Shown here: piece by piece, positions 10,274-19,372 of the stretch
Numbering within the stretch: the first letter of the stretch is position 1
How the letters are laid out: every line of letters starts with the position of its first letter
Notes under the pieces: generated by a model
The model's database searches: none
Told to the model about the DNA's origin: nothing
The model's input: the letters and a program-made list of their open reading frames with translations, nothing else
Assembly: GCA_963666985.2 (NCBI GenBank)
Contig: CAXXIA010000002.1
Coordinates: 672,001-736,000, forward strand
DNA from: Spirochaetia bacterium
GTDB lineage: Bacteria; Spirochaetota; Spirochaetia; DSM-2461
DNA length: 64,000 bases
Direction of reading: 5' to 3'
Program-made: the position numbers and the translations under genes

Positions 10274-11188
10274 CTATATTTTCGTGCTCTTGGCGATGCC
10301 GAAGAAGCCGGTTGGTTTCAGTGTGAGAATGACGAGCAGAATCACAAAGGAAATCAGATCCTTGTAGCTCGAAGGGAAAAAGGTAATAACGAATATCTCA
10401 ATGAATCCCAAAAGAAATCCGCCGATGAAAGCGCCCTTGATGTCGCCGATACCGCCGACGACGGCCGCGATAAAGGCTTTCCACCCGATGATCATTCCCA
10501 TATAGGGATTCAGCACGGGATATGAGAGTCCGAAAAGCATTCCGGCAACGGCGGCCAGAGACGAGCCCAGGACAAAAGTAACGACAATAATGCGGTTAAC
10601 GGGAATGCCCATCAGCGGGATGGCGAACTTGTCGTAGGAAATGGCCCGCATGGCCATGCCGATCTGGGTTCTGGTAACGAAGAACTGCAGAAAGGCGAAA
10701 ACAACAAAGGAGGCGATGATAACAAGGATTCTCAGGTTCGTCAGATGAATACCGCCGAACTCGATGATGTTCTTGCCGATTATCTCGGGGAACCGAAGAG
10801 CGCTGGCGCCGAGAACGGCCAGGTTCCCGTTCTCCAGAATGAATCCCACCATCAGGGCCGTAATAACGACATAAAGCCTGTGGGCGCCTTTTTTCCGTAA
10901 AGGACGGTATGCAACCCTTTCGATGAACACGCCCAGGCCCGCGGTCAGTCCCATGGTGGCCACGAGAGTGAGGAAGAACACAACGGTGCCCGGCAGGGGG
11001 ATCGCCAAGCCCAACAGGCCCGTACCGATGAAGAAGGCGAAATAACAGGCCATCATGAAGATGTCACCGTGGGCGAAATTGATCAGCCTTAATACGCCGT
11101 AGACCAGACAGTAGCCCAGGGCGATCATGGAATAGAAGCTTCCCCACTGAAGACCGTTGAAGACGTTTTGAAGCAGTGTTTGCAACAT
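10274..11188 (-). CDS. livH: Branched-chain amino acid ABC transporter permease
   Basis: ALGYCLVYGVLRLINFAHGD, GMAMRA, KAFIAAVVGGIG, KPTGFFG. Confidence 0.92.
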   Translation of the reverse strand: MLQTLLQNVFNGLQWGSFYSMIALGYCLVYGVLRLINFAHGDIFMMACYFAFFIGTGLLGLAIPLPGTVVFFLTLVATMGLTAGLGVFIERVAYRPLRKKGAHRLYVVITALMVGFILENGNLAVLGASALRFPEIIGKNIIEFGGIHLTNLRILVIIASFVVFAFLQFFVTRTQIGMAMRAISYDKFAIPLMGIPVNRIIVVTFVLGSSLAAVAGMLFGLSYPVLNPYMGMIIGWKAFIAAVVGGIGDIKGAFIGGFLLGFIEIFVITFFPSSYKDLISFVILLVILTLKPTGFFGIAKSTKI

Positions 11189-11355
11189 AATTAACAGTTA
11201 TCTCTTAGGTAGTGGTTTTATACGTTCGGACACAGGCCGAACGCGATGATGAGGCCGCCGGAGCGGCCTCCGTATCGGATCGATTATACACGATTGTCGG
11301 TTCGGCGCCGCAAAATCGAGTAAAAACCCGGTTTGCGCGCCGAATCGGCCGATTG

Positions 11356-12537
11356 TTACGGACTTAAAGTCTTTACGAACTCGAACTCGCCTTTATCGTT
11401 CACCTGAACAACAACCGCGTCCTTGATGGGATCGCCGTCGGGAGTAAAGGTCATCTTGCCGGTAATTCCGGGATAGTCCTTGATGGACGCGATGGCATCT
11501 TTAATGGCTGTTCTGTCGGCTTCAAGATCGCCGGTCAGTCCCGCGTTCTGAATGGCCGTAAGAACGATGTTCACCGCATCGTAGGTCAGCGCGGCGACAT
11601 CGTCGGGCGTATAGCCGTAGGCCGCTTCATACGCGTCGATGAATTCTTTGGTTTCGCCTTTGGCACCGGCCGCGGCGTAATGAGTGGTGAAGTAATATCC
11701 CTTCACGGCACCGTTGGAAAGTTTCCAAAGGTCGGCGGAGCCCCATGCGTCGGCGCCGAAAACCACGCCGTCCCAGCCCAATTCCTGAGCCTGGGGAACA
11801 ATCAGTCCGACGAAGTTGTAGTAGCAGGGCAGATAGAGCATTTCGGCTCCGCTGGCGATGATTTTCGTCAGCTGGACCGAGAAGTCCTGATCTTTCTGAC
11901 CAAAGCTCTCGAACGCCAGAACCGAACCGGCTCCGTTGGCCTTTTCCCAGGCGCCTTTAAACAATTCGGCAAGAGTTTTGGAATAGTCGGATTCCAGGTT
12001 GTACAGAACGGCGCAGGTATCGACGTCGAACTGTTCCTCGGCGAACTTCACGGCCACGGGAGCCTGGAAGGGATCCAGGAAGCAGGCCCGGAAAACATAA
12101 GGTCTGTCCAGGGTGGTGTTGGGGTTGGTGGACCAAGGGCTGATCAGCGGAACGCCGTTTTCCTCGGCAACGCCGCCGGCGGGAATGGCCTGGCTGGAGC
12201 CGTCGGGTCCGACAATGGCCAGAACTTCATCCTGCTCAATGAGTTTATAGGCGGCGGTAACGGCCGTATCGGGCTTGAAGGCATTATCTTCGTAGATAAA
12301 CTCAAGCATGTAGCGTTCGCCGCCCACGAGGAGACCGCCCTCGCCGTTGATTTTTTCTTTCACCAGCTCGGCGGCATACTTGGATCCTTCTCCAACCTTC
12401 GGACTGTCGCCGGTCAGGGGAATGTCGAACCCGATCTTGATGGTATCAGGCTCTTTTTTGCACCCGGTAAAAAAAAGTCCGGTAACGGCAAGACATAAAA
12501 GGGTTAGTAAAAAAAGAAACCTCTTCGCTGTGCTCAT
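11356..12537 (-). CDS. Leu/Ile/Val-family ABC transporter substrate-binding lipoprotein
   Basis: Lipobox-like FFTGC; IKIGFDIPLTG; YVFRACFLDPFQ; QDFSVQLTKI; GITGKMTF; first gene of the liv operon. Confidence 0.9.
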   Translation of the reverse strand: MSTAKRFLFLLTLLCLAVTGLFFTGCKKEPDTIKIGFDIPLTGDSPKVGEGSKYAAELVKEKINGEGGLLVGGERYMLEFIYEDNAFKPDTAVTAAYKLIEQDEVLAIVGPDGSSQAIPAGGVAEENGVPLISPWSTNPNTTLDRPYVFRACFLDPFQAPVAVKFAEEQFDVDTCAVLYNLESDYSKTLAELFKGAWEKANGAGSVLAFESFGQKDQDFSVQLTKIIASGAEMLYLPCYYNFVGLIVPQAQELGWDGVVFGADAWGSADLWKLSNGAVKGYYFTTHYAAAGAKGETKEFIDAYEAAYGYTPDDVAALTYDAVNIVLTAIQNAGLTGDLEADRTAIKDAIASIKDYPGITGKMTFTPDGDPIKDAVVVQVNDKGEFEFVKTLSP

Positions 12538-12581
12538 AGTGATCCTCCAAGAGCAATAAAATTAGTGTGATATTTTATATG

Positions 12582-12597
12582 AGCATTAATTGTGCCA
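12582..12597 (-). promoter_or_regulatory. Sigma-54 (-24/-12) promoter of the liv operon
   Basis: Minus strand TGGCACAATTAATGCT = GG-N10-GC, about 45 nt upstream of the ATG at 12537. Confidence 0.7.
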
Positions 12598-12731
12598 ACA
12601 ACTTTTTTCTTCTCCGAAACCCTTCAAAACCCCTTTTTTCGATGGACATTCGACAATTAACGACAATATTGTAGGTTATTGCGCCGGTTTCTTACGATGA
12701 GGTAACTTGCCGGCGGAGTCTCGAAGCACCG

Positions 12732-13949
12732 TTATTCCGCCGTTTCAACAGCCTGCACATCCTTCATCCGGCTTACGAAAAATACACCGATGATAAGCAG
12801 ACATACGGCCAACAGAAGCGAAGGAGTAAAGGCTCCCTCGTCATTTTTCATGGCTTCCATCACATAAACGAACACAACCGCGCCCTGACCGAAAAGCTGA
12901 ATCAGTCCGTTCGACGTTCCTTCCGGAGTGGGACGGGTTACCTCGGCCGCGTACTGTATGGCCACGGGAAGAGCACTCACGAGAAAAAAGCCCAGCACGG
13001 CGGCGGAAATCAAAAGAAGCGGAAGATTCGTCGCGAAGGTAACTCCCAGCAAACCCGGTACGGCGCCTATAAGGGAAATATAAAGGAATCTCTGCCGCCG
13101 CCCCTGCCGGTCCGAAAGAGCGGGAATAACCACGGCTCCGACCAAGCCCCCGCCTATCATGACGGCGCCCAAAGTTCCCGCCGCCGACGGACCGAATCCC
13201 CTGGGGCGGATAATCCCTTCCACCCATGTGGAGACTCCGTTGAAAATCCCCAGGCCCACGAAAGCGACGGCCAGCGTGAAGAGAAAGGGAACGGATGAAA
13301 AAGCGTTTTTCAGTCCGTCCAGCATCAAGGCCCTCTCCTGCGCCGCGTCCTCGCAGGGCGGTATTTTCGGCTCCTCGCGAGCCAACACAAGAAACAGCGC
13401 GGCCGAGATCGCCGCGGCAATTCCGAAAAGAAACTGAACCCGGTCAATACCCATCCCCGATTCCGTCATCATCGGAGGAACCACCATTCCGAGGGCCGTG
13501 CCGATGAGATTCGCCAAAGTAATCATTCCCACAGCCGTCGCCCGCTGATCCTGCGGAAACCATTTTGCCGGCATCGTCGTCCAGGAGTTCAGTAAAAGAG
13601 GCTGAATAGCCGCGATACAAAACGTTGAAATCAGTACCATCGGATAACGGCTTCCCGCCAGTCCCCGAAGAACGGCGAAAAGCCCCATGACGACGGCGCC
13701 GAATGCCACCGATTTCCGGGCGCCCAGAGTATCGATGGCCCAGGAAGCCGGTATGGATAACGGGATAAAAGCAATCATGAAGCTCATCGACAAAAGACCG
13801 ATCTTCAAATCCGTTACGCCGTAGAATTCCGCGGCAAGACCCGTAACGGGCGCAAAGCTGATCCACAGCATTTGTATCGTAAGGTTAACGAACATGTACG
13901 CGGCAAGGACCGCCCAGCGATAGGGAAGCGGTTTATAGGATGGATTCAT
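12732..13949 (-). CDS. MFS transporter
   Basis: About 12 hydrophobic segments; 'YRWAVLAAY', 'KWFPQDQRATAVG', 'LSDRQGRR'; likely start MNPSYK at 13949. Confidence 0.85.
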   Translation of the reverse strand: MNPSYKPLPYRWAVLAAYMFVNLTIQMLWISFAPVTGLAAEFYGVTDLKIGLLSMSFMIAFIPLSIPASWAIDTLGARKSVAFGAVVMGLFAVLRGLAGSRYPMVLISTFCIAAIQPLLLNSWTTMPAKWFPQDQRATAVGMITLANLIGTALGMVVPPMMTESGMGIDRVQFLFGIAAAISAALFLVLAREEPKIPPCEDAAQERALMLDGLKNAFSSVPFLFTLAVAFVGLGIFNGVSTWVEGIIRPRGFGPSAAGTLGAVMIGGGLVGAVVIPALSDRQGRRQRFLYISLIGAVPGLLGVTFATNLPLLLISAAVLGFFLVSALPVAIQYAAEVTRPTPEGTSNGLIQLFGQGAVVFVYVMEAMKNDEGAFTPSLLLAVCLLIIGVFFVSRMKDVQAVETAE

Positions 13950-14185
13950 GCGAATTACATTAACCGGCGTTTCGTGAGCGGTCAACGTGAAAGATTCATG
14001 GAAACCGCCGCGGACTCCTCTTTTCCCGCCTAAAATGCCACTCATGAAAAGCGGACCGCCGGCGAATCCCTCTTAATGAGGAATGCGCCTCCTGCCTCAT
14101 TAGAGCCCCATTACATCCTCTTTAACTGGATACCTGTTTACCGATATGCAATAATGAATCAGCTCATACGGAATAAGGAGGCATT

Positions 14186-15052
14186 ATGTCGAAACTGCGT
14201 GGCGGATTAATACAGATGGGACTCAAGGAGTCCGCGGAGAAACACCCGGAAACCATCCGGAAGGCCATGGTGGAAGCCCATATTCCTTTCATTGAAGAGG
14301 CGGGAAAGAGGGGCGTTCAAGTCCTTTGCATGCAGGAAGTGTTCAACCAGCCCTACTTCTGTCCCAGTCAGGACAAGAAATGGTATGACGCCGCCGAAAA
14401 AGTTCCCGAAGGTCCGACGACGAGCCTGATGAAAGAATACGCGAAAAAATATCAAATGGTCATCGTCGCGCCCATCTACGAGGAAACAATTACAGGCGTT
14501 TACTACAATACGGCCGCCGTCATCGACGCCGACGGAACCTACCTGGGCAAATACCACAAAACGCATATTCCGCACGTCGGCGGATTCTGGGAAAAGTTCT
14601 TCTTCAAACCCGGCGCGTCCGGCTGGCCGGTATTCAGCACCCAGTATGTAAAACTCGGCGTGTACATCTGCTACGACCGCCACTTTCCCGAAGGCTGGCG
14701 CGCCCTGGCCCTGAACGGCGCCGAATACATCGTGAATCCCTCGGCCACCTGCGCCGGAATCTCGGAATACCTCTGGAAACTGGAACAGCCGGCCTCCGCC
14801 GTGGCCAACGGCTGCTGGATCGGCGCCATCAACCGCGTCGGACGCGAACAGCCCTGGAACATCGGCGAATTCTACGGATCAAGCTATTTCGTGAATCCCC
14901 GCGGAGAAATCGAAGCCATCGCCTCCCGCGACAAAGACGAACTCATCGTCCACGACATGAACATGGACATGGTGAAAGAAATCCGGAGCAACTGGCAGTT
15001 CTTCCGCGACCGCCGTCCCGACGCTTACGATCGATTAACCGCGCTGGAATAG
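14186..15052 (+). CDS. Nitrilase-superfamily carbon-nitrogen hydrolase, beta-ureidopropionase-like
   Basis: E-K-C triad contexts QEVF, YHKTHIP, ICYDRHFPE; FWEKFFFKPG; WQFFRDRRPD; AAGGAGG RBS. Confidence 0.85.
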   Translation: MSKLRGGLIQMGLKESAEKHPETIRKAMVEAHIPFIEEAGKRGVQVLCMQEVFNQPYFCPSQDKKWYDAAEKVPEGPTTSLMKEYAKKYQMVIVAPIYEETITGVYYNTAAVIDADGTYLGKYHKTHIPHVGGFWEKFFFKPGASGWPVFSTQYVKLGVYICYDRHFPEGWRALALNGAEYIVNPSATCAGISEYLWKLEQPASAVANGCWIGAINRVGREQPWNIGEFYGSSYFVNPRGEIEAIASRDKDELIVHDMNMDMVKEIRSNWQFFRDRRPDAYDRLTALE

Positions 15053-15146
15053 TCTCCCGCTCAAGATGTTTTTGGGCAAATTTTCGCCCCTCCGCCGTCC
15101 GCGGCCGCGGGGCGAAAACCGCGCTTTTCGGGGGTTCCGTCCGGCA

Positions 15147-15258
15147 CAGCTGTTGAGGCTCGCGATTCGCCGCTGTCGAACCGCTGTTGAGCTCGCTATT
15201 TCGCATTGCGAAACAGCTGTTGAGGCTCGCTATTTCGCTTTGCGAAACAGCTGTTGGG
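15147..15258 (+). repeat. Tandem ~34-bp REP-like repeats (three units plus a partial)
   Basis: GCTGTTG recurs at 15149, 15183, 15216 and 15250; unit GCTGTTGAGGCTCGC-(TATTTCGCNTTGCGAAA)-CA with internal hairpin; lies between convergent genes. Confidence 0.8.
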
Positions 15259-15324
15259 GACCGCCTGCGGCGCCCCTGCAATCGCTTTTGCGTTTCTTCC
15301 GCCGTATGCGGCTCAACCCGTCGT

Positions 15325-15945
15325 TCAAGACTCCGCCAGCCAGCCTCCGACGACCTTTTCCGCGAAAGCACGAATTTCACTGTTCGATTCTTCGGAAGAC
15401 GGCTCGATTAATTTTCGGATAATCAGCCCGTCCAGAAAGGCCATGATGGTCCGGGAAATCTCTTCGATTTCCCTCACTTCCATGAAACGGAATTCCCCGC
15501 TGCCCACCCCGTATTCCACAATTTCCCGAATCCCCCGATTGTACCCGGCGTAAAACTCCCGAACCAGCCGGGCGATATCGGCGTCCCTGTCGACCGCCGC
15601 GTACAGCTGGAGCATCAGATTCCGCCTTGCGGATGATGGAATACCGAAATGTTCACTTCCAGGAGAGGGGGGCAGAAAAAGCAAATCGAGAACGTAGTTG
15701 AGCACTTCCCCGGCGCCCGCCTTTCCGTCGGTCCTTTCCAGAAAATAAGAGAGGAACGCCTTGCAGGCCTCGTAAACAACGGACCTTTTGCTCCCGAAGT
15801 AGTAACTCACGATTCCCTTGGAAACGCCGCAATCCCGGGAAATATCCTCCAGCCGCACACCGTCAATCCCCTTATCCGCGATCTGCCGGAGTGCGGCGTC
15901 GATAATCTGTTTTCGCCGAATCGGCTCCATTCCTACTTTCGGCAT
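15325..15945 (-). CDS. TetR/AcrR-family regulator (BetI-like N-terminus)
   Basis: MPKVGMEPIRRKQIIDAAL...GVSKGIVSYYFGSK. Confidence 0.88.
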   Translation of the reverse strand: MPKVGMEPIRRKQIIDAALRQIADKGIDGVRLEDISRDCGVSKGIVSYYFGSKRSVVYEACKAFLSYFLERTDGKAGAGEVLNYVLDLLFLPPSPGSEHFGIPSSARRNLMLQLYAAVDRDADIARLVREFYAGYNRGIREIVEYGVGSGEFRFMEVREIEEISRTIMAFLDGLIIRKLIEPSSEESNSEIRAFAEKVVGGWLAES

Positions 15946-16008
15946 TGCTCAATTCTCCTCGTCTTCAGTCCCGGCATCCCCGGCCGACCTCCGGGGCGCA
16001 CTTCAATT

Positions 16009-16893
16009 TCAGGCTCTCGGATTTTCAAGATATTCCGCGGATTGCTTTCGCAGCTTCTCCAATTTTTCTCTCGGCTCGCCGGTATCCGGCTCTGTTCCTA
16101 TCGCTTTAGGATCGTACCCGCCTTCAAGAACGGCCGACTTCAAAAAACGCGGGATAATGGCCTTTTGAGGACAGCCATAAACGCAGCGCATGCACCATTG
16201 ACAGTTCCAGCCGAAAGAAACACGGCCGTTCCGATCCTTTGTGATATTCTCCATCGGACATCTTTTTACGCAAAGACCGCAGCCGTTGCAATTCTCATTC
16301 GCCTTTAACAGGCGTCCCCAAAGACGCGCACCGAACTGATCCTCATGAAACGAAACGAATGAAGTCATCGCGTTCAACAGAGGCCTTTTCGGAAGTCGGC
16401 GCTTCTCTCCCGCCGCGACGGCTTCGGCGGCATCGGCGCATTTAGCCGGAAGAACCCGCATCAAGTCCCTGGTAAAATCATCCGGGAAACGGACCAGCCA
16501 ATTCGATCCCATCTTCAAAATTCTTACATACGGAACTTCATATCCCCTGCGGACCAAAAGCCTTGAGATCTTACCTGCGGCGGCCGAATTCACATCAACC
16601 TCACCGCCGGCCGCGCTGAGCAGAAGAAAAAATCGCCGGCCTTCCCCTTTGGGAAGACTCCTCACCCAGTCGATAACACTTCTCGGTGCCCCGAATCCCA
16701 ATACCGGATAGAATAGTCCGATCAAATCCGCCTCCGCATCGATTCGATCGAAACCTGTTTCCTCTCCTCCGCCGGAAAGAGTCTTGATTTCGGTTTCCAA
16801 ACCAAACCGAACGGCCTGACGCTCAAACTCCCGGGCCGCCATCAACGTATTTCCCGTACCCGAAAACACGTAAAGAGGCACGTTCTTAGCCAT
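16009..16893 (-). CDS. EFR1-family ferrodoxin (flavodoxin fold plus 2x[4Fe-4S])
   Basis: FSGTGNT at the N-terminus; CNGCGLCVKRCP and CQWCMRCVYGCP; GGAGG RBS before ATG 16893. Confidence 0.85.
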   Translation of the reverse strand: MAKNVPLYVFSGTGNTLMAAREFERQAVRFGLETEIKTLSGGGEETGFDRIDAEADLIGLFYPVLGFGAPRSVIDWVRSLPKGEGRRFFLLLSAAGGEVDVNSAAAGKISRLLVRRGYEVPYVRILKMGSNWLVRFPDDFTRDLMRVLPAKCADAAEAVAAGEKRRLPKRPLLNAMTSFVSFHEDQFGARLWGRLLKANENCNGCGLCVKRCPMENITKDRNGRVSFGWNCQWCMRCVYGCPQKAIIPRFLKSAVLEGGYDPKAIGTEPDTGEPREKLEKLRKQSAEYLENPRA

Positions 16894-16934
16894 ATCCACC
16901 TCCAAAAGACCGTTATCGGACTCAATCGATTTTA

Positions 16935-16959
16935 TTTTATCTGACCGGTCAGTTTAAAA
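16935..16959. promoter_or_regulatory. Probable TetR operator
   Basis: Perfect palindrome CTGACCGGTCAG (16941-16952) with AT-rich flanks, just upstream of the EFR1-TetR operon. Confidence 0.6.
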
Positions 16960-17066
16960 TATAATCCCATTTGCAAAAAAATAAAGAGTTTTCGGCGTCG
17001 AAATTGTTATCAAGCGGTTAAAAATCAGGGAAACGCCTCAAAGCGAATCTCCGTGATGCCAAACCC

Positions 17067-17095
17067 TTGACCAAAAATCATCATGCCGTTAGGTT
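17067..17095 (+). promoter_or_regulatory. Sigma-70 promoter of the leuA leader
   Basis: TTGACC-17 bp-TAGGTT. Confidence 0.55.
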
Positions 17096-17102
17096 GTTTC
17101 AA

Positions 17103-17195
17103 ATGACACGAATCATCGATTCGACAGCTTCCATCCTCCGGAATCTCCTACTCGCTCTACAAAGGCCCGCCGGGACCGAAGGATCGGATGCATGA
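17103..17195 (+). CDS. leuA leader peptide (30 aa, Leu-rich)
   Basis: MTRIIDSTASILRNLLLALQRPAGTEGSDA*; five Leu in eight codons (CTC, CTC CTA CTC, CTA); followed by a terminator and then leuA. Confidence 0.7.
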   Translation: MTRIIDSTASILRNLLLALQRPAGTEGSDA

Positions 17196-17231
17196 ATCGC
17201 TGAAAAGCGACTCATCAGGATTGGGAATTAC

Positions 17232-17268
17232 AGCCCGCCGCCGAACCTTCGGCGGCGGGCTTTTTTTT
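17232..17268 (+). terminator. Attenuator terminator upstream of leuA
   Basis: AGCCCGCCGCCGAA-CC-TTCGGCGGCGGGCT followed by a T-run. Confidence 0.85.
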
Positions 17269-17439
17269 GGTTCCGCCGGACAAGGTTCGCCCCATTCCGG
17301 CGGATGGAATAAACGGAAATACGGATTGGGACCGTGATGTCCGAAGAGTCACGGCCTATGCCGTTCGGTCCGAATTGGGCCGACAAATCAAAACGAAACG
17401 GACGGGGAAAAAGTCCCCGAAAAAAAACAAGGAGCGAAC

Positions 17440-19101
17440 ATGCCGAAGTACACCCCTTTTAAAACAGTGAATCTCCCGGACCGCACCTGGCCGGATAAAG
17501 TGATCGATTTCGCGCCGCAGTGGTGCAGCGTCGACTTACGCGACGGGAATCAAGCCCTGGCGATTCCCATGAGCGTTGCGGAAAAATGCGAGCTTTTCAA
17601 TCTGCTGGTAAAGGTCGGATTCAAGGAAATCGAAGTGGGATTCCCATCGGCCTCCCAAATCGATTTTGATTTTGTCCGCAAACTCATCGACGATCAGCTC
17701 ATTCCGAACGACGTCTCCATCCAAGTGCTCACGCAGTCCCGCGAGCATTTAATCCGCCGCACTTATGAGGCCGTCGACGGAGCGCCCAACGTCATCATGC
17801 ATCTTTACAACTCCACCTCGGCTCTTCAGCGCGAAATCACCTTCGGCATGAGCAAGGAAGAAATCAAAGACATCGCCGTCGAAGGCGCCAAGCTGGTCAA
17901 ACAGCTCTCAACATCCATCAAATCCAATGTCCGGATGGAATACTCGCCGGAAAGCTTCTCCGATACCGAAACCGAATACGCCCTGGAAGTCTGCGAAGCG
18001 GTTATGGAGATCTGGGGCGCCACACCGGAGAACAAAATCATCCTGAATCTGCCGAACACGGTGGAATGGATTCCGGCGAACAAGCATGCCGACCAGATTG
18101 AATGGTTCTGCCGCAATATGAAAAACCGGGACTCGGCCGTTATCAGTCTTCATACGCACAACGACCGGGGAACCGGCGTGGCCGCCTGCGAACTGGGGAT
18201 TCTGGCCGGCGCCGATCGGGTGGAAGGCACCCTTTTCGGCAACGGAGAGAGAACCGGGAACCTGGATATCGTGAACGTCGCCCTGAACCGTCTGGCCGAC
18301 GGAATCGATCCCGGACTCGATTTCTCCGATCTGCCGGAAGTCCGGCGCGTTTACGAACGGGTTACGCGGATGCCGGTTCATCCGCGGCACCCCTACGCCG
18401 GTGATTTGGTCTTCACCGCTTTTTCAGGCTCGCATCAGGACGCCATTAAGAAAGGCATGGATAAACGGGGCGGCGATGAAGCGGGTGACGCGCCGTGGAA
18501 AGTTCCCTATCTTCACATCGATCCGCAGGATATCGGCCGAACCTACGAGTCCATCGTCCGCATCAACAGTCAGAGCGGCAAAGGCGGCGTGGCCTATGTG
18601 ATGTCCCGCGAATACGGCTTTGAAATGCCCAAGAGCATGCACGCGGAGATGGGCGCCGTGGTTAATGAAATGGCGGATAAAATCGGCCGGGAACTCACTT
18701 CCGCGGAAATCTACGAAGCGTTCAACAGGGAATATTTATCCTTGAAGAAGCCGCTGGATGTGCTGGATGTTGAATTCGAATATGTTAAGAGCGATCCCCG
18801 CACGCTTCGGTGTTCGGCCAAAGTCATCTTCGAAGGGAAAACCGCCGAAGTCGAAGGTCAAGGGAACGGACCCATCAGCGCTTTCGTTCACGCGTTAAGG
18901 GACAAAGGGTATCTTCAGGCAACCCTGACGGATTTCCACGAACACTCCATCGGCAGCGGCGCCGAGACCGAGGCCGTGGGCTACATCCAGATAAAAACTC
19001 CGGACGGAAGTCTCTATTGGGGCGCCGGCATCGATTCGAATATCGATCTTGCCGGAACCAAAGCCTTTATCAGCGCCTACAACAGAAGCAGAAAAAGCTG
19101 A
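17440..19101 (+). CDS. leuA: 2-isopropylmalate synthase (yeast/actinobacterial-type LeuA)
   Basis: WCSVDLRDGNQAL, GFKEIEVGFPSAS, YSPESFS, SLHTHNDRG, GERTGN, RINSQSGKGG, GNGPISAF. Confidence 0.96.
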   Translation: MPKYTPFKTVNLPDRTWPDKVIDFAPQWCSVDLRDGNQALAIPMSVAEKCELFNLLVKVGFKEIEVGFPSASQIDFDFVRKLIDDQLIPNDVSIQVLTQSREHLIRRTYEAVDGAPNVIMHLYNSTSALQREITFGMSKEEIKDIAVEGAKLVKQLSTSIKSNVRMEYSPESFSDTETEYALEVCEAVMEIWGATPENKIILNLPNTVEWIPANKHADQIEWFCRNMKNRDSAVISLHTHNDRGTGVAACELGILAGADRVEGTLFGNGERTGNLDIVNVALNRLADGIDPGLDFSDLPEVRRVYERVTRMPVHPRHPYAGDLVFTAFSGSHQDAIKKGMDKRGGDEAGDAPWKVPYLHIDPQDIGRTYESIVRINSQSGKGGVAYVMSREYGFEMPKSMHAEMGAVVNEMADKIGRELTSAEIYEAFNREYLSLKKPLDVLDVEFEYVKSDPRTLRCSAKVIFEGKTAEVEGQGNGPISAFVHALRDKGYLQATLTDFHEHSIGSGAETEAVGYIQIKTPDGSLYWGAGIDSNIDLAGTKAFISAYNRSRKS

Positions 19102-19107
19102 TCGGAT

Positions 19108-19140
19108 AACCGCCTCTCGGGATATCCCGAGAGGCGGTTA
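19108..19140 (+). terminator. Long inverted repeat after leuA
   Basis: TAACCGCCTCTCGGG-ATAT-CCCGAGAGGCGGTTA immediately after the stop. Confidence 0.7.
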
Positions 19141-19372
19141 TTGCCGCCGGAAGCGTTCCCATCGGCGGCGCCGGGGGGAACGCTTCATCTCGGGGATTTC
19201 ATTCTCTTAAGGGGATTCGCCGATACGGCGGGGCCTTTCTCCGAAACACAGAAGAAAAAAATCAATTTTCAGCATATCTCCGGCAATTTCTCACTCTTAA
19301 TTCATCAAAAATATTATATTCTTCGATAATTCGTTCCTTCAGTGAATCCAACGTTTCCCATATTGAGCGCTC

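Noticed and set aside
15147..15258. Possible mini-CRISPR array
   Set aside because: Units are contiguous ~34-bp near-copies with no unique spacers, and there are no cas genes in the window
17100..17270. T-box riboswitch upstream of leuA
   Set aside because: No GGTGGNACC T-box motif or stem I; the leader peptide explains the terminator
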